Origin: Mycobacteriaceae bacterium
Lineage (GTDB): Bacteria; Actinomycetota; Actinomycetes; Mycobacteriales; Mycobacteriaceae
Length of the DNA: 41,312 nt
Reading direction: 5' to 3'
Assembly (NCBI GenBank): GCA_037129875.1
Contig: JBAXUD010000001.1
Location: 1-41,312 of the forward strand
Shown here: positions 10,416-20,153 of the stretch, piece after piece
Numbering within the stretch: the stretch's first letter is position 1
Layout of the letters: every line of letters starts with the position of its first letter
The notes under the pieces: generated by a model
What the model was told of the DNA's origin: nothing
What the model saw: the letters and a program-made list of their open reading frames with translations, nothing else
Databases searched by the model: none
Position numbers and translations under genes: made by a program

Positions 10416-11098
10416 CATCGACAGAAGAGGTCCTCAATCGGCGACGGCCCCGCGGCGCCAGGTACTTCATCGTACTGGGGTTGTGGATCGTCGGCCTGGT
10501 CACCGCCATGGGGGTGCTCAGCGTCATCGACACCCGCGTGGTCAACACGCCGGTTTACGTCTGCCCTCCGGACTGCGGGGGTCCGCCCACCGGTATTCCG
10601 GTGGCGACCAACCCGCGCTACGTCTCCCCCGACGGCTCATTCGAAGTCTCCTATCCCGCGCCCGGGGCTGCGTACACGGTGAGCTCCGACGACGCCGGAG
10701 TGACGGCGAAGTGGACCGCCGGTGACGGCGGAACGCTGCGGCTCTTCGGCGTCCCGGGCGCCGGCCGCGATGCCAGGCAGGTTGTCGAACAGGTCATCGC
10801 TGCCACCTTCCCCGATGCCGTCGTCGACTACGAATTGCCCAATGCCACAGTCGGTTACCACCCTGGTTACGGGGTAACCGCCGACTTTCTGGCCGAAAAG
10901 CGTGCCCAACCGGTGCGCGTCATCGTCATCGCGGCGGTCAAGAACGACCTCGCCCTGGTTGCCGTCGCCGACGGCCCGTTCATGCAGTTCGGCCCCGGCA
11001 GCGGCCCCGGGGTGCCGTCGCCGGCCAACCTGCAGATCGCCCAGGACATGGGCAAGTACGTCGACAGCTTCAGTTGGCGCGGCGACCAGCCGCGGTGA
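10412..11098 (+). CDS. Single-TM hypothetical protein with CPPDC motif
   Basis: ATGA overlap with the S53 fusion; N-terminal TM helix; good codon usage. Confidence 0.8.
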   Translation: MTSTEEVLNRRRPRGARYFIVLGLWIVGLVTAMGVLSVIDTRVVNTPVYVCPPDCGGPPTGIPVATNPRYVSPDGSFEVSYPAPGAAYTVSSDDAGVTAKWTAGDGGTLRLFGVPGAGRDARQVVEQVIAATFPDAVVDYELPNATVGYHPGYGVTADFLAEKRAQPVRVIVIAAVKNDLALVAVADGPFMQFGPGSGPGVPSPANLQIAQDMGKYVDSFSWRGDQPR

Positions 11099-11104
11099 GG
11101 TCGC

Positions 11105-11503
11105 TCAGCAGATCACCGTGACGTACACGCTGGTGCCGGCTATGACCGCCCCACTTCCGCGCAAACCGTCGACGGCGCCGATACGGCACAGTGACAGGTT
11201 CTGGTCGGTTCTGCCACCGCCCCAGTTGATTTCGACGTTGTAGCCCTCGGACTCCAGTGCCAGGATTCCGTCGGCGGCGTTCATATTCTGATTGAACGCG
11301 CGCGGAGGCATGTTGATCGTGCCCTTCTCGGTCGGCTGGACCGAGACCGAGCGCGATGACGAGCTGGACGGCGCCGGTGCCGGGGCGGTCGGCTTGCTAC
11401 AGCCCGCTGAGAGCAATCCGGCTCCGACAACGGCAAGACCCCCGGCGGTCACAACGGCGAAGCGCCGGCAATCGGAGGGATGCGCACTACAGAACTTCTT
11501 CAT
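11105..11503 (-). CDS. Putative lipoprotein
   Basis: GGAGG RBS, lipobox LSAGC, Pro/Ser linker, small C-terminal domain ending VYVTVIC. Confidence 0.7.
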   Translation of the reverse strand: MKKFCSAHPSDCRRFAVVTAGGLAVVGAGLLSAGCSKPTAPAPAPSSSSSRSVSVQPTEKGTINMPPRAFNQNMNAADGILALESEGYNVEINWGGGRTDQNLSLCRIGAVDGLRGSGAVIAGTSVYVTVIC

Positions 11504-11621
11504 GGACGGTCCTCCGCAATGTGGTCCGACGTGCCCCACCGCGGGACGTCCGGAGACGGGATCGTAGCTCACCAGAGTTAACCGCTGGCTTCCTGCGGGA
11601 ATCCGGTATGAATGAGGGCCT

Positions 11622-13346
11622 ATGGCTACCGATCTGATCCTCGAAGCTTCCAGCATCATCACGATGGATGACGCCCTCCCGCGGGCCCGCGCCGTGGCGA
11701 TCGACTCAGGCACCGGCCGGATCACCGCGATCGGCTCGTTGTCGGAGGTCAAGGCGGCGGCCCCGGGCGTCGCCGTGACAGATCTGGGCAGCACGGTCCT
11801 GATGCCCGGCTTCGTCGAACCGCACAGTCATCCGCTGCTGTCGGGGATGGCCACCCAGAAGCCGGCCTACTGGGTTTCCCCGAATGTCGGGGTCGCATCG
11901 TGGGATGACGTGTTGGCCATCTTCGCCAAGGCCGACAAGGAGAACCCGGCAGAGCAGATCCTGGTCTTCAACGGCGTCGACCGACTGCTCCAGCAGGCAC
12001 CGCTGCCCACCCGGTCGGTGCTGGATCCGATCTTCCCGACCCGGCCGGTCGTGGTCATCGACAACTCCGGACACGGGATCTACTTCAACAGCGCGACGAT
12101 CGCGCTGCTGGGCTGGCCGGACGCCAAGCCGCCGGCGGATCCGGTCGGCGGGAGCTTCGGCCGCCAGGCCGACGGAACCAGTGACGGCACCGCCTTCGAG
12201 TCCGGTGCACTGATGCAGATCGTGGCCGTCGTGCTGCCCAAGGCCATCCCGCACCCACTGCAGTCGGGGGCGTTGTTCTACCAGCTGATGGCCAAATGCG
12301 GCATCACCGCCACCTCGGAGCACACCTACAACTCCGGCCAGTTTCAAGCGTATGCCGCGCTGGCTTCAGTGCCGGATTGTCCTCTGCGCCTTCACCTTTA
12401 CCACATGTCGATCGAGTCCGATGCAACCGCCGACGTGAACTTCCCCGACCCTGAACTGGTGCGGAAGAACGGAATCAAGCTGTGGGCGGACGGCTCACCG
12501 TGGATCGGCAACGTCGCGATCTCCTTCGAGTACCTGGACAACCCGACCACCCGCACCGCGCAGATGGAACTCGGGCCCCGCGGCGAAGCCCAGATGAACT
12601 ACACCCGCGCTCAACTCGACGCGATCCTCGACGAGATGGTCCCCGCCGGATTCCAGATCGCGTTCCACTGCAACGGTGACGTGGGTTTTGACGTCGTGCT
12701 CGACGCGTATGAGCGATCGTTGGCGAAGTTCAATCTGCTCGGCTCCGATCACCGTTGGCGCGTCGAGCACCTTGGGGCGGCCCGACGCGACCAGTTCGAG
12801 CGGGCCGCCGCGCTGGGAGTCACCTGCTCGCTGAGCCCCTTCCAATACATCTACTGGGGCGATCTGCTCGACGGGGTGATGTTCGACGGGGCGTACGGCG
12901 CTCAGTGGCAGCGGGTCCGCGATGCCTTCGAGGCCGGTGTGACTCCCAGCTATCACAATGACGGATCGGTGTGCCCGCCCAACCAGCTGTTCAACGTGAT
13001 GCACACCGTCATGCGGACAACCACCAGCGGCGCGGTGCACGGTGCAGACCAGGCGGTGACACTGGATCAGGCGTTGCGGGCGATCACGATCAACGGTGCC
13101 TACCAACTCAAACGCGACCATGAGATCGGTTCGCTGGCAGTCGGCAAGTATGCCGACTTCGCCGAACTCTCGGCCGACATCTACACGGTGCCCGTCGACC
13201 AGATCCTCGATCAGGTCAGGGTTCTCGGAACATGGTTGGGGGGCAAGAAGATCGACCTGGACAAGTTCGTCGACGAGATCAAGGCGATAGACCCGACCGA
13301 ACATCACGGCCTGACGAATCAACTGGCCAACGGCAAATGTTGCTAG
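11622..13346 (+). CDS. YtcJ-like amidohydrolase (Amidohydro_3)
   Basis: PGFVEPHSHP (HxH), KLWADGS, FHCNGD, RWRVEH, GSLAVGKYADF. Confidence 0.9.
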   Translation: MATDLILEASSIITMDDALPRARAVAIDSGTGRITAIGSLSEVKAAAPGVAVTDLGSTVLMPGFVEPHSHPLLSGMATQKPAYWVSPNVGVASWDDVLAIFAKADKENPAEQILVFNGVDRLLQQAPLPTRSVLDPIFPTRPVVVIDNSGHGIYFNSATIALLGWPDAKPPADPVGGSFGRQADGTSDGTAFESGALMQIVAVVLPKAIPHPLQSGALFYQLMAKCGITATSEHTYNSGQFQAYAALASVPDCPLRLHLYHMSIESDATADVNFPDPELVRKNGIKLWADGSPWIGNVAISFEYLDNPTTRTAQMELGPRGEAQMNYTRAQLDAILDEMVPAGFQIAFHCNGDVGFDVVLDAYERSLAKFNLLGSDHRWRVEHLGAARRDQFERAAALGVTCSLSPFQYIYWGDLLDGVMFDGAYGAQWQRVRDAFEAGVTPSYHNDGSVCPPNQLFNVMHTVMRTTTSGAVHGADQAVTLDQALRAITINGAYQLKRDHEIGSLAVGKYADFAELSADIYTVPVDQILDQVRVLGTWLGGKKIDLDKFVDEIKAIDPTEHHGLTNQLANGKCC

Positions 13347-13449
13347 GCCGCGAAGGCAGCCAGATAATCAACGTCCGACCCGAGGAGCCGGCCCTGTCGG
13401 TTTGCCTAACCCGGCGGCAATCCCGATGATCAGACAGCGGCGCACAGCG

Positions 13450-13716
13450 TCAGTGGATGAAGTCGAGGCCGGTGACCTCGGTGTCGTTGAGTCCGGCCTG
13501 CTGCTCCACGTTGAACCGGAACCGGAGTGCAGCCGCTACAGCCACGTAGGCGCTGATCTCACCGTTGCATCCCTGTTCAATTCGGCTGACCAACTGCCGT
13601 GACACCCCGGCCCGCTCTCCGACATCGCTCTGCGTCAGATACGCGTCCACTCGTGCGTCCCGCAGCGCGGCACCGATCTGCTCCAGATTTTCCCGCACTA
13701 CAACATCATCAATCAT
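13450..13716 (-). CDS. XRE-family HTH regulator (HipB-like), probably leaderless
   Basis: IGAALRDARVDAYLTQSDVGERAGVSRQLVSRIEQG; minus-strand TACCGT -10 lies 6 nt before the ATG. Confidence 0.8.
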   Translation of the reverse strand: MIDDVVVRENLEQIGAALRDARVDAYLTQSDVGERAGVSRQLVSRIEQGCNGEISAYVAVAAALRFRFNVEQQAGLNDTEVTGLDFIH

Positions 13717-13717
13717 G

Positions 13718-13764
13718 GTGTCACGGTACCGTGACACGCCCGCCAATGGCACAATATCCTGACA
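13718..13764. promoter_or_regulatory. Tandem operator sites overlapping the XRE promoter
   Basis: Perfect 20-bp palindrome GTGTCACGGTACCGTGACAC (13718-13737) and related site TGGCACAATATCCTGACA (13747-13764). Confidence 0.7.
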
Positions 13765-13822
13765 TTCCACTTGCGGGCCGCTTCGTTACCGCCTCCTCCG
13801 CCATCGTTGTAGCGTCGTGCCG

Positions 13823-14731
13823 ATGAGATACGGAATTTTCGGCGGGGCCGTGAACGACGGAACGCTTGACGACATCGTGAGCGAGGCCGCAGCGGCCGAG
13901 AGGGACGGTTTTGCCGCGTACTGGGCGCCCAACATCTTCGGCCACGATGCGTTGACCGCACTGGCGGTGGTGGGAACCACAGTGCCGCGCATCGAGCTGG
14001 GGACATCGGTGGTGCCCACCTTCCCGCGTCATCCCCACGCGATCGCCCAGCAGGCCCATACGGTGGCGGCGGCATCGGGGAACCGCTTCACCCTGGGAAT
14101 CGGTCTCAGCCACAAGATCGTCATCGAGAACATGCTCGGCTTGAGTTACGACAAACCCGTTCGTCACCTGCGCGAGTATCTGAGCGTCCTGATGCCGTTG
14201 TCCCGCAACGAACCTGCCAACTTCGACGGAGAGATGTACAAGGTTCACGCCGGTATCAGCGCCAAGGGCTCGGCTGGTTTCGGAGTGGTGGTAGCGGCCC
14301 TGGGCGAGCAGATGCTCCGCGTCACCGCCGCCCTGGCTGACGGCACGCTGACCTGGTGCACAGGTCCGGTGACCCTCGAAGAGCACACCATCCCGACGAT
14401 CACCAGGGCTGCTGAGGAACTCGGCCGTCCGGCGCCCCGGGTCATCGCGGCGTTGCCCGTATGCGTTACCGACGACCTGGCTGGCGCTGCATCTCGAGCG
14501 GCCGAAACGTTTGCGGCCTACGGTTCGCTGCCGAGCTACCGCGCGATGCTCGACCGCGAGGGTGTGGCCGGGCCGGCCGACATCGCCATCATCGGCACCA
14601 CAGAGCAGGTACAGGAACGCATCGGTGCGCTCGCCGGGATCGGTGTCACCGACTTCGCAGCCGTGGAATTCGGTGCGACACCCGACGAAATCTCGAATAC
14701 GCGTGAGGCGCTGAAAGGCCTGCTGGCTTAA
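13823..14731 (+). CDS. LLM-class F420-dependent oxidoreductase
   Basis: DALTALAVVG, RIELGTSVVPTFPRHP, RFTLGIGLSH, AALGEQML, LPSYRAMLDREG. Confidence 0.9.
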   Translation: MRYGIFGGAVNDGTLDDIVSEAAAAERDGFAAYWAPNIFGHDALTALAVVGTTVPRIELGTSVVPTFPRHPHAIAQQAHTVAAASGNRFTLGIGLSHKIVIENMLGLSYDKPVRHLREYLSVLMPLSRNEPANFDGEMYKVHAGISAKGSAGFGVVVAALGEQMLRVTAALADGTLTWCTGPVTLEEHTIPTITRAAEELGRPAPRVIAALPVCVTDDLAGAASRAAETFAAYGSLPSYRAMLDREGVAGPADIAIIGTTEQVQERIGALAGIGVTDFAAVEFGATPDEISNTREALKGLLA

Positions 14732-14747
14732 ATCGAGCGGGGCCGGT

Positions 14748-15716
14748 TCAAGAAACCCGCGCTTGTTCCCTTTCCGCTTCCCGGGCCAGAAGGCGGTCGC
14801 GCTGTTCTTCGAATTTCAGCACCTGGCCTTCAAGTTTCGTCAGGTACGCCGCCAACTGTTCGCGTCGTTGTTCGCCGACGGAGGTGACGTCGGTGCGTTC
14901 GAAGATCCGCCACGCGCGCAAGGTGGGTCGCAGGACCTCTTCGAGGTGCTGGCGCGGGTCGTAAATACCGTGCTTGGCCATCAACACGCCGTTACGGCGG
15001 AAGTTCGGCATTCCCTGGCCCGGCATCCGGAAGTTCTCCACCACATCGGCGACGGCGTCCAGCGCCTGGTCGGGGGCGACGTCGAGCGCCGCGCCACACA
15101 TGTTGCGGTAGAAGATCATGTGCAGATTCTCGTCGGCGGCCACACGCTGCAAGAGGCGGTCGGCGACGGGGTCACCGCACGCCTTGCCAGTGTTGCGATG
15201 GCTGACGCGGGTGGCGAGTTCCTGAAAAGAGACGTAGGCGACTGACAGAAGAAAGTCTGTCTTGTGTCGCGCCTCCTCTTCGGCTGTCGGCGCGAAGCCA
15301 AGGGTCATGTGTTCCATGCGGGCGCGTTCCAGCGCTACGGGATCGACACCGCGCGTCACGACGAGGTAGTCGCGCAGAACGATGCTGTGCCGGGCTTCTT
15401 CGGCGGTCCATCGCCCCACCCACGTTCCCCACGCCCCGTCCTGAGAAAAAAATGCGGCCGCCTGCCGGTGGTAGGAGGGCAGATTGTCCTCGGTCAGCAG
15501 GTTGGTGATCATCGCCGCTTTCGCGACTTCACTGAGTGGCGACTGCTCCTCAGCCCAGTCGGTACCACCCATCGCCGCGAAGTTGCGGCCGAGGTCCCAC
15601 GGAACGTAGTCATGGGGGTGCCACTCGGCAGAAACCGACAAATGCCGGTTAACGTTCTCCTCGGCGACCTGCTCAAGCTCCTCGAGCAATTCCAGATCAG
15701 TGAACTCTCGAGACAT
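14748..15716 (-). CDS. Acyl-ACP desaturase (DesA1-like paralogue)
   Basis: WHPHDYVPW, LLTEDNLPSYH, WTAEEARH, FQELAT, DENLH di-iron motifs; alternative start 15719. Confidence 0.9.
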   Translation of the reverse strand: MSREFTDLELLEELEQVAEENVNRHLSVSAEWHPHDYVPWDLGRNFAAMGGTDWAEEQSPLSEVAKAAMITNLLTEDNLPSYHRQAAAFFSQDGAWGTWVGRWTAEEARHSIVLRDYLVVTRGVDPVALERARMEHMTLGFAPTAEEEARHKTDFLLSVAYVSFQELATRVSHRNTGKACGDPVADRLLQRVAADENLHMIFYRNMCGAALDVAPDQALDAVADVVENFRMPGQGMPNFRRNGVLMAKHGIYDPRQHLEEVLRPTLRAWRIFERTDVTSVGEQRREQLAAYLTKLEGQVLKFEEQRDRLLAREAEREQARVS

Positions 15717-15942
15717 CATCACCTTCGATCTAAACCGCATCACTTAGCCCAGCAATTTCCTATCCGCGGACAAGGCCGGCGGCAGGTCTGAGACCCCCAC
15801 TCTACTCGACGAGCCAGCACATCGACCGCACCGCTGTGCGGCAGTCGTTGTGTTTATCCAGCGTGTACCGTCAGAAGTGCCGCATTGAGATCTCAATCGC
15901 GTTGGCGCACAGGGAGCGCCTGAATCTAGCGAAGGAAGCTCC

Positions 15943-16419
15943 ATGCACCGTTCGCGGCGAACCGCCAGCCCGGTACGCGTTTCACTGAACGCCGAGCGCG
16001 GGGGCGACATCGACGGAGCCTGGTGGCCCCGTAGCGGCTCAATGGCTCCTGAACTGCCCGATCTGATCCAGGCGCTCCATCCCGCGCTCGGTGAGATCGT
16101 GGAAATCTCCATCAATTGGACGACAAGCTCACCGACGCCCATCCTGAGCACCATGTCACCGGAAATCGCGGCGAAAATCGTTGGGACAGCACTACCGCAG
16201 CGCCTGATGTTCCTGGCCGGCCGCTGTGCGATCACCAAGCTACTGGTCATCCCGTCGATGACATCGTCGACTTTGGCGATGATGGTGCTGCGGCAGGTGG
16301 GCGAGCGGTACATCCCCGACGCGGTGCACGAGACCAAGGAATTCCAGGCAGCCCAAAGGGTTATTTGCGCCGCGCGCGCCGAGAGCTCCTCATGGGCGAT
16401 CGCACGAGCCGGAGGGTAG
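15943..16419 (+). CDS. DUF5994 family protein
   Basis: IDGAWWPRS..ELPDLI, LLVIPS motifs; GAAGGA RBS. Confidence 0.85.
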   Translation: MHRSRRTASPVRVSLNAERGGDIDGAWWPRSGSMAPELPDLIQALHPALGEIVEISINWTTSSPTPILSTMSPEIAAKIVGTALPQRLMFLAGRCAITKLLVIPSMTSSTLAMMVLRQVGERYIPDAVHETKEFQAAQRVICAARAESSSWAIARAGG

Positions 16420-16548
16420 AACGCCCTGACGCTGTCACCAGCATCAGATAGGCCGCCGTCGAGCGCAATCTAGACAGACCACCTTCCGTACCGCCGACAT
16501 GGAATGATTCCAGAGCGCACGTATCCGGCGTCGGCGAGGAAGGTGTCC

Positions 16549-18276
16549 GTGGGTTCGTTCGACCCAACCGAGGTGGGTATCGCGGAGCTCCGTGAGGCTC
16601 TCGACGACGGCAGTGTCACCAGCGTGGCGCTCGTCGAGTCCTATCTGCGCCGCATTGAGGCCTACGACCGCGACGGTCCGGCCCTGAATTCAGTCGTCGT
16701 GCCCAATCCCGCCGCCCTTGACGACGCCCTCGCCTCGGATCAGCGGCGTTCCCATGGCGAACTGCTCGGCCCGCTCGATGGAATTCCCTACACGGCCAAG
16801 GACAGCTACCTGGCGCGGGGACTGACCGCGGCGGCGGGGTCGCATGCCTTCGAGCATCTCATCGCGAACAAGGACGCATTCGCCGTCGAGAGACTGCGTC
16901 GCGCAGGTGCGGTTCTCCTTGGTCTGACGAACATGCCGCCGATGGCCAACGGCGGCATGCAACGCGGACTGTACGGCCGCGCCGAAAGCCCCTACAACGA
17001 AGCCTTTCTGACGTCGGCCTTCGGTTCGGGGTCTTCGAACGGCTCCGGAACCGCCACGGCCGCCAGTTTCGCCGCGTTCGGGCTCGGCGAGGAAACATGG
17101 TCCAGCGGCCGGGCGCCGGCGACCAACAACGCGCTGTGCGCCTATACCCCTTCGCGCGGGGTGATCTCGGTGCGGGGCAATTGGCCGTTGGTGCCCACCA
17201 TGGACGTGGTTGTGCCGCACACCCGCACCATGGCTGACATGTTCGAGGTGCTCGACATTCTTGTCGCCGACGACCGCGATCCCCGTGGCGATCTGTGGCG
17301 GACGCAGCCGTGGGTCAGGATTCCGCGCGCGTCATCGGTGCGGCCCCGGTCCTACCGGGCACTGCTGCCCGACGATCAGGACGCGGCCGGCCGGAGCTTG
17401 GCGGGAAAGCGATTCGGCGTGCCGCGCATGTACATCAATGCCGATCCGGAGGCCGGCGTCGGCGAGGATCTCGGTATCGGTGGGTCCACCGGTCGGCGTA
17501 TCGAGACCCGGCAGTCCGTCATCGATCTGTTTCAGGCCGCCGGGGCCGATCTGATCGCCGCCGGTGCCGAGGTCGTCCTGGTGGACTTCCCGGTGGTCTC
17601 CAACTACGAACGCGACCGCGCCGGCGTGCCGTCGATCCGGACCCGCGGCCTGGTCAGCCCCGAGTTCCTCGACCGCGAGATCCTCGATCTGTCCGCCTGG
17701 GGCTGGGACGACTTCCTGCGGGCCAACGCCGACCCGAACCTGCCTGACCTCGCCTCGGTCGACGGGAGCCGGATCTGGGTCAACGATCCCGGCGCGCTGG
17801 CGGACCGGGTGCAGGGATTCGGCGAAGCCAGCGACGACATCAACGGATACCCCGACTTCATTCGCCGGCACCCCATCGATTCCTTTCTCGACATCCCGCA
17901 TCTTGAAGAAGGGCTGCGCGGACTCGAGCGGACCCGGCGGGTGGACCTGGAGGACTGGATGCACCGGCGCCGACTCGACGCGGTGATCTTTCCCACTGTC
18001 GCCGACGTCGGCCCCGCCGACATGGACCACAACCCGGCCTCCGCCGCCCTGGGCTGGCGCAACGGGGTTTGGGTGGCCAACGGGAACCTCGTTCCGCGGC
18101 ACCTGGGAATCCCGACGGTCACCGTTCCGATGGGCACCATGCCCGATATCGGTATGCCCGTCGGGCTCACCTTCGCCGGCCGCGCCTACGACGACAACAC
18201 GCTTCTGGCTCTGGCGGCAGCGTTCGAAGCCACCGGTATACGGCGCACCCCACCACCCCGCACTCTGCCCCTATGA
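16549..18276 (+). CDS. Amidase-signature family amidase
   Basis: GPLDGIPYTAKDS, SGSSNGSG, GEETWSSGRAPA, PTVTVPMG, GMPVGLTF; AGGAAGG RBS before GTG 16549. Confidence 0.9.
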   Translation: MGSFDPTEVGIAELREALDDGSVTSVALVESYLRRIEAYDRDGPALNSVVVPNPAALDDALASDQRRSHGELLGPLDGIPYTAKDSYLARGLTAAAGSHAFEHLIANKDAFAVERLRRAGAVLLGLTNMPPMANGGMQRGLYGRAESPYNEAFLTSAFGSGSSNGSGTATAASFAAFGLGEETWSSGRAPATNNALCAYTPSRGVISVRGNWPLVPTMDVVVPHTRTMADMFEVLDILVADDRDPRGDLWRTQPWVRIPRASSVRPRSYRALLPDDQDAAGRSLAGKRFGVPRMYINADPEAGVGEDLGIGGSTGRRIETRQSVIDLFQAAGADLIAAGAEVVLVDFPVVSNYERDRAGVPSIRTRGLVSPEFLDREILDLSAWGWDDFLRANADPNLPDLASVDGSRIWVNDPGALADRVQGFGEASDDINGYPDFIRRHPIDSFLDIPHLEEGLRGLERTRRVDLEDWMHRRRLDAVIFPTVADVGPADMDHNPASAALGWRNGVWVANGNLVPRHLGIPTVTVPMGTMPDIGMPVGLTFAGRAYDDNTLLALAAAFEATGIRRTPPPRTLPL

Positions 18277-18286
18277 GAGGTGATCA

Positions 18287-19333
18287 ATGATGAGCGAACG
18301 TCCGGACTATCGGATGCCGGCCGAATCCCATCCGCAGGAACGGGTTTGGATGGCCTTCCCCTCCGAAGGCTATTCACTGGGCGACACCGACGACGCCCGC
18401 CACGAGGCCCGGTCCACCTGGGCTGCTGTGGCCCACGCGGTGGCCGAGTTCGAACCCGTCACCGTGGTCGTGCATCCGCCCGAGCGAGCCATCGCCGACC
18501 GCTACCTTTCGGCGGGCGTCGACATCGTCGAGGCTCCGTTGAACGACGCCTGGATGCGTGACATCGGGCCGACGTTCGTGCATGCCGCCGACGGGTCGGT
18601 CGCGGCGGTCGACTGGGTGTTCAACGGCTGGGGGGCCCAGCACTGGGCGCAATGGGACCTCGACGCGAACATCGGCCGCTTCGTCGCCGATGCCGCCGGT
18701 ACACCGGTAGTCCCTTCGCGGCTGGTCAACGAGGGCGGCGGGATTCAGGTCGACGGCGAGGGCACGGTTCTGGTCACCGACACCGTCCAACTCGACCCCG
18801 GCCGCAATCCCGGGATCACCCGGGATGAGGTTGAGGCGGAGTTGGCGCGAACGATCGGAGCCACCCACGTCGTGTGGCTGCCGCGCGGGCTGACCCGCGA
18901 CTCGCAACGGTTCGGCACCCGCGGACACGTCGACATCGTCGCCGCGATCACCTCACCCGGCCGGCTGCTGCTGCACACCCAGGGCGACGAATCGCATCCC
19001 GACTTCGAGGTGTGCCGCACCATCCGCGCCGCTCTCGACGCCAGTCACGACGCGGCCGGACGAACCTGGGAAATCACCGAAATGCCCGCTCCCGCAACAC
19101 TGACCGATGCCGAAGGCTACGTCGACTACAGCTATATCAATCATCTGGTGGTCAACGGTGGTGTCATCGCGTGCGGATTCGGCGATGTTCGCGACAGCGA
19201 TGCCGTGGCGATCCTGGCCGAGCAGTACCCGGGGCGCAGAGTTGTCACCGTCGATGCACGACCCCTGTTCGATCGGGGCGGCGGAATCCATTGCATCACC
19301 CAGCAGCAACCGTCGCCCCGGCAGCCTGCCTAG
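18287..19333 (+). CDS. aguA: Agmatine deiminase family protein (PPAD/AguA-like)
   Basis: RMPAE, DAWMRDIGP, FNGWG, NEGGGI, GHVD, SYIN, GGGIHCITQQQP. Confidence 0.88.
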   Translation: MMSERPDYRMPAESHPQERVWMAFPSEGYSLGDTDDARHEARSTWAAVAHAVAEFEPVTVVVHPPERAIADRYLSAGVDIVEAPLNDAWMRDIGPTFVHAADGSVAAVDWVFNGWGAQHWAQWDLDANIGRFVADAAGTPVVPSRLVNEGGGIQVDGEGTVLVTDTVQLDPGRNPGITRDEVEAELARTIGATHVVWLPRGLTRDSQRFGTRGHVDIVAAITSPGRLLLHTQGDESHPDFEVCRTIRAALDASHDAAGRTWEITEMPAPATLTDAEGYVDYSYINHLVVNGGVIACGFGDVRDSDAVAILAEQYPGRRVVTVDARPLFDRGGGIHCITQQQPSPRQPA

Positions 19334-19393
19334 GTTTCCAGGGGCACCGACGGCGCGGCAGTGTGCAGCATCGACCAGCCATACTGGTGGCCG

Positions 19394-20083
19394 ATGCACA
19401 CCTTCATCAACGGCGCACTCGCCGCGGCGGCGCTGACTATGGGGTGCGCACTCGCGGCCGGCCCGATCGCTGTGGCCGACGCCGGCTACCGCAGCGACCA
19501 GATGGCCGAACTCGCCGAGATGAGCAAGCGGATGGTGACCGACTACCTCACCCAGCTCGGCATCAGCGGAGATGCCCTGCCGACGCTGGCTTTCATTGCT
19601 TCCGGACAGAGGGCCCGCAGTCAGTGCGTTGACGTGAGCGGGGACGAGACCCAGAACGACTGGTCCAACGACTACTGCCCCACCGACAACACCGTGTATG
19701 TGGGGCAGAACATTCTCTGGGATTCCTACCGGCAATACGGGACAGCGGGTTCGATCTCCGGACTCGCCCATGAATACGGGCACTTCGTTCAGTCGGTCAT
19801 GGGTGTCCCGAACCCGCGCAATGCGAACGAGACCATCCGGCACGAAAATCAGGCCGATTGCTTCTCCGGCAGTTTCATCGGCTTCCTCCAGGACCGCGGG
19901 AGCATCAACGCCCCGGAGGATCTGGGCAGCGTTGAGCGATTTCTGACGGCCACGGCGTCGCTGGACGCACCCGGACGCGACCACGGGACGGCCCAGGAAC
20001 GCATCGACTCCTTCACACTGGGTTACACCGGCGGGCTGCCGCCATGCAGTCAGTACTTCCCCGCGACGCCGCTCATCCGGTAG
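19394..20083 (+). CDS. Secreted neutral zinc metallopeptidase (YpfJ-like Zn_peptidase)
   Basis: Signal peptide, YCPTD, LAHEYGHFVQ, ENQADCFSG, HGTAQER. Confidence 0.85.
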   Translation: MHTFINGALAAAALTMGCALAAGPIAVADAGYRSDQMAELAEMSKRMVTDYLTQLGISGDALPTLAFIASGQRARSQCVDVSGDETQNDWSNDYCPTDNTVYVGQNILWDSYRQYGTAGSISGLAHEYGHFVQSVMGVPNPRNANETIRHENQADCFSGSFIGFLQDRGSINAPEDLGSVERFLTATASLDAPGRDHGTAQERIDSFTLGYTGGLPPCSQYFPATPLIR

Positions 20084-20153
20084 CCCGGCGCGGTACCTGT
20101 AGTCTCAAGAGCATCGAAGCAGGATCCGGATTGGGAATCGCTCGGCCCAGCAC

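Noticed and set aside
13347-13449. HipA toxin downstream of the XRE gene (complete TA pair)
   Set aside because: Only ~100 bp available and no HipA-like sequence on the minus strand
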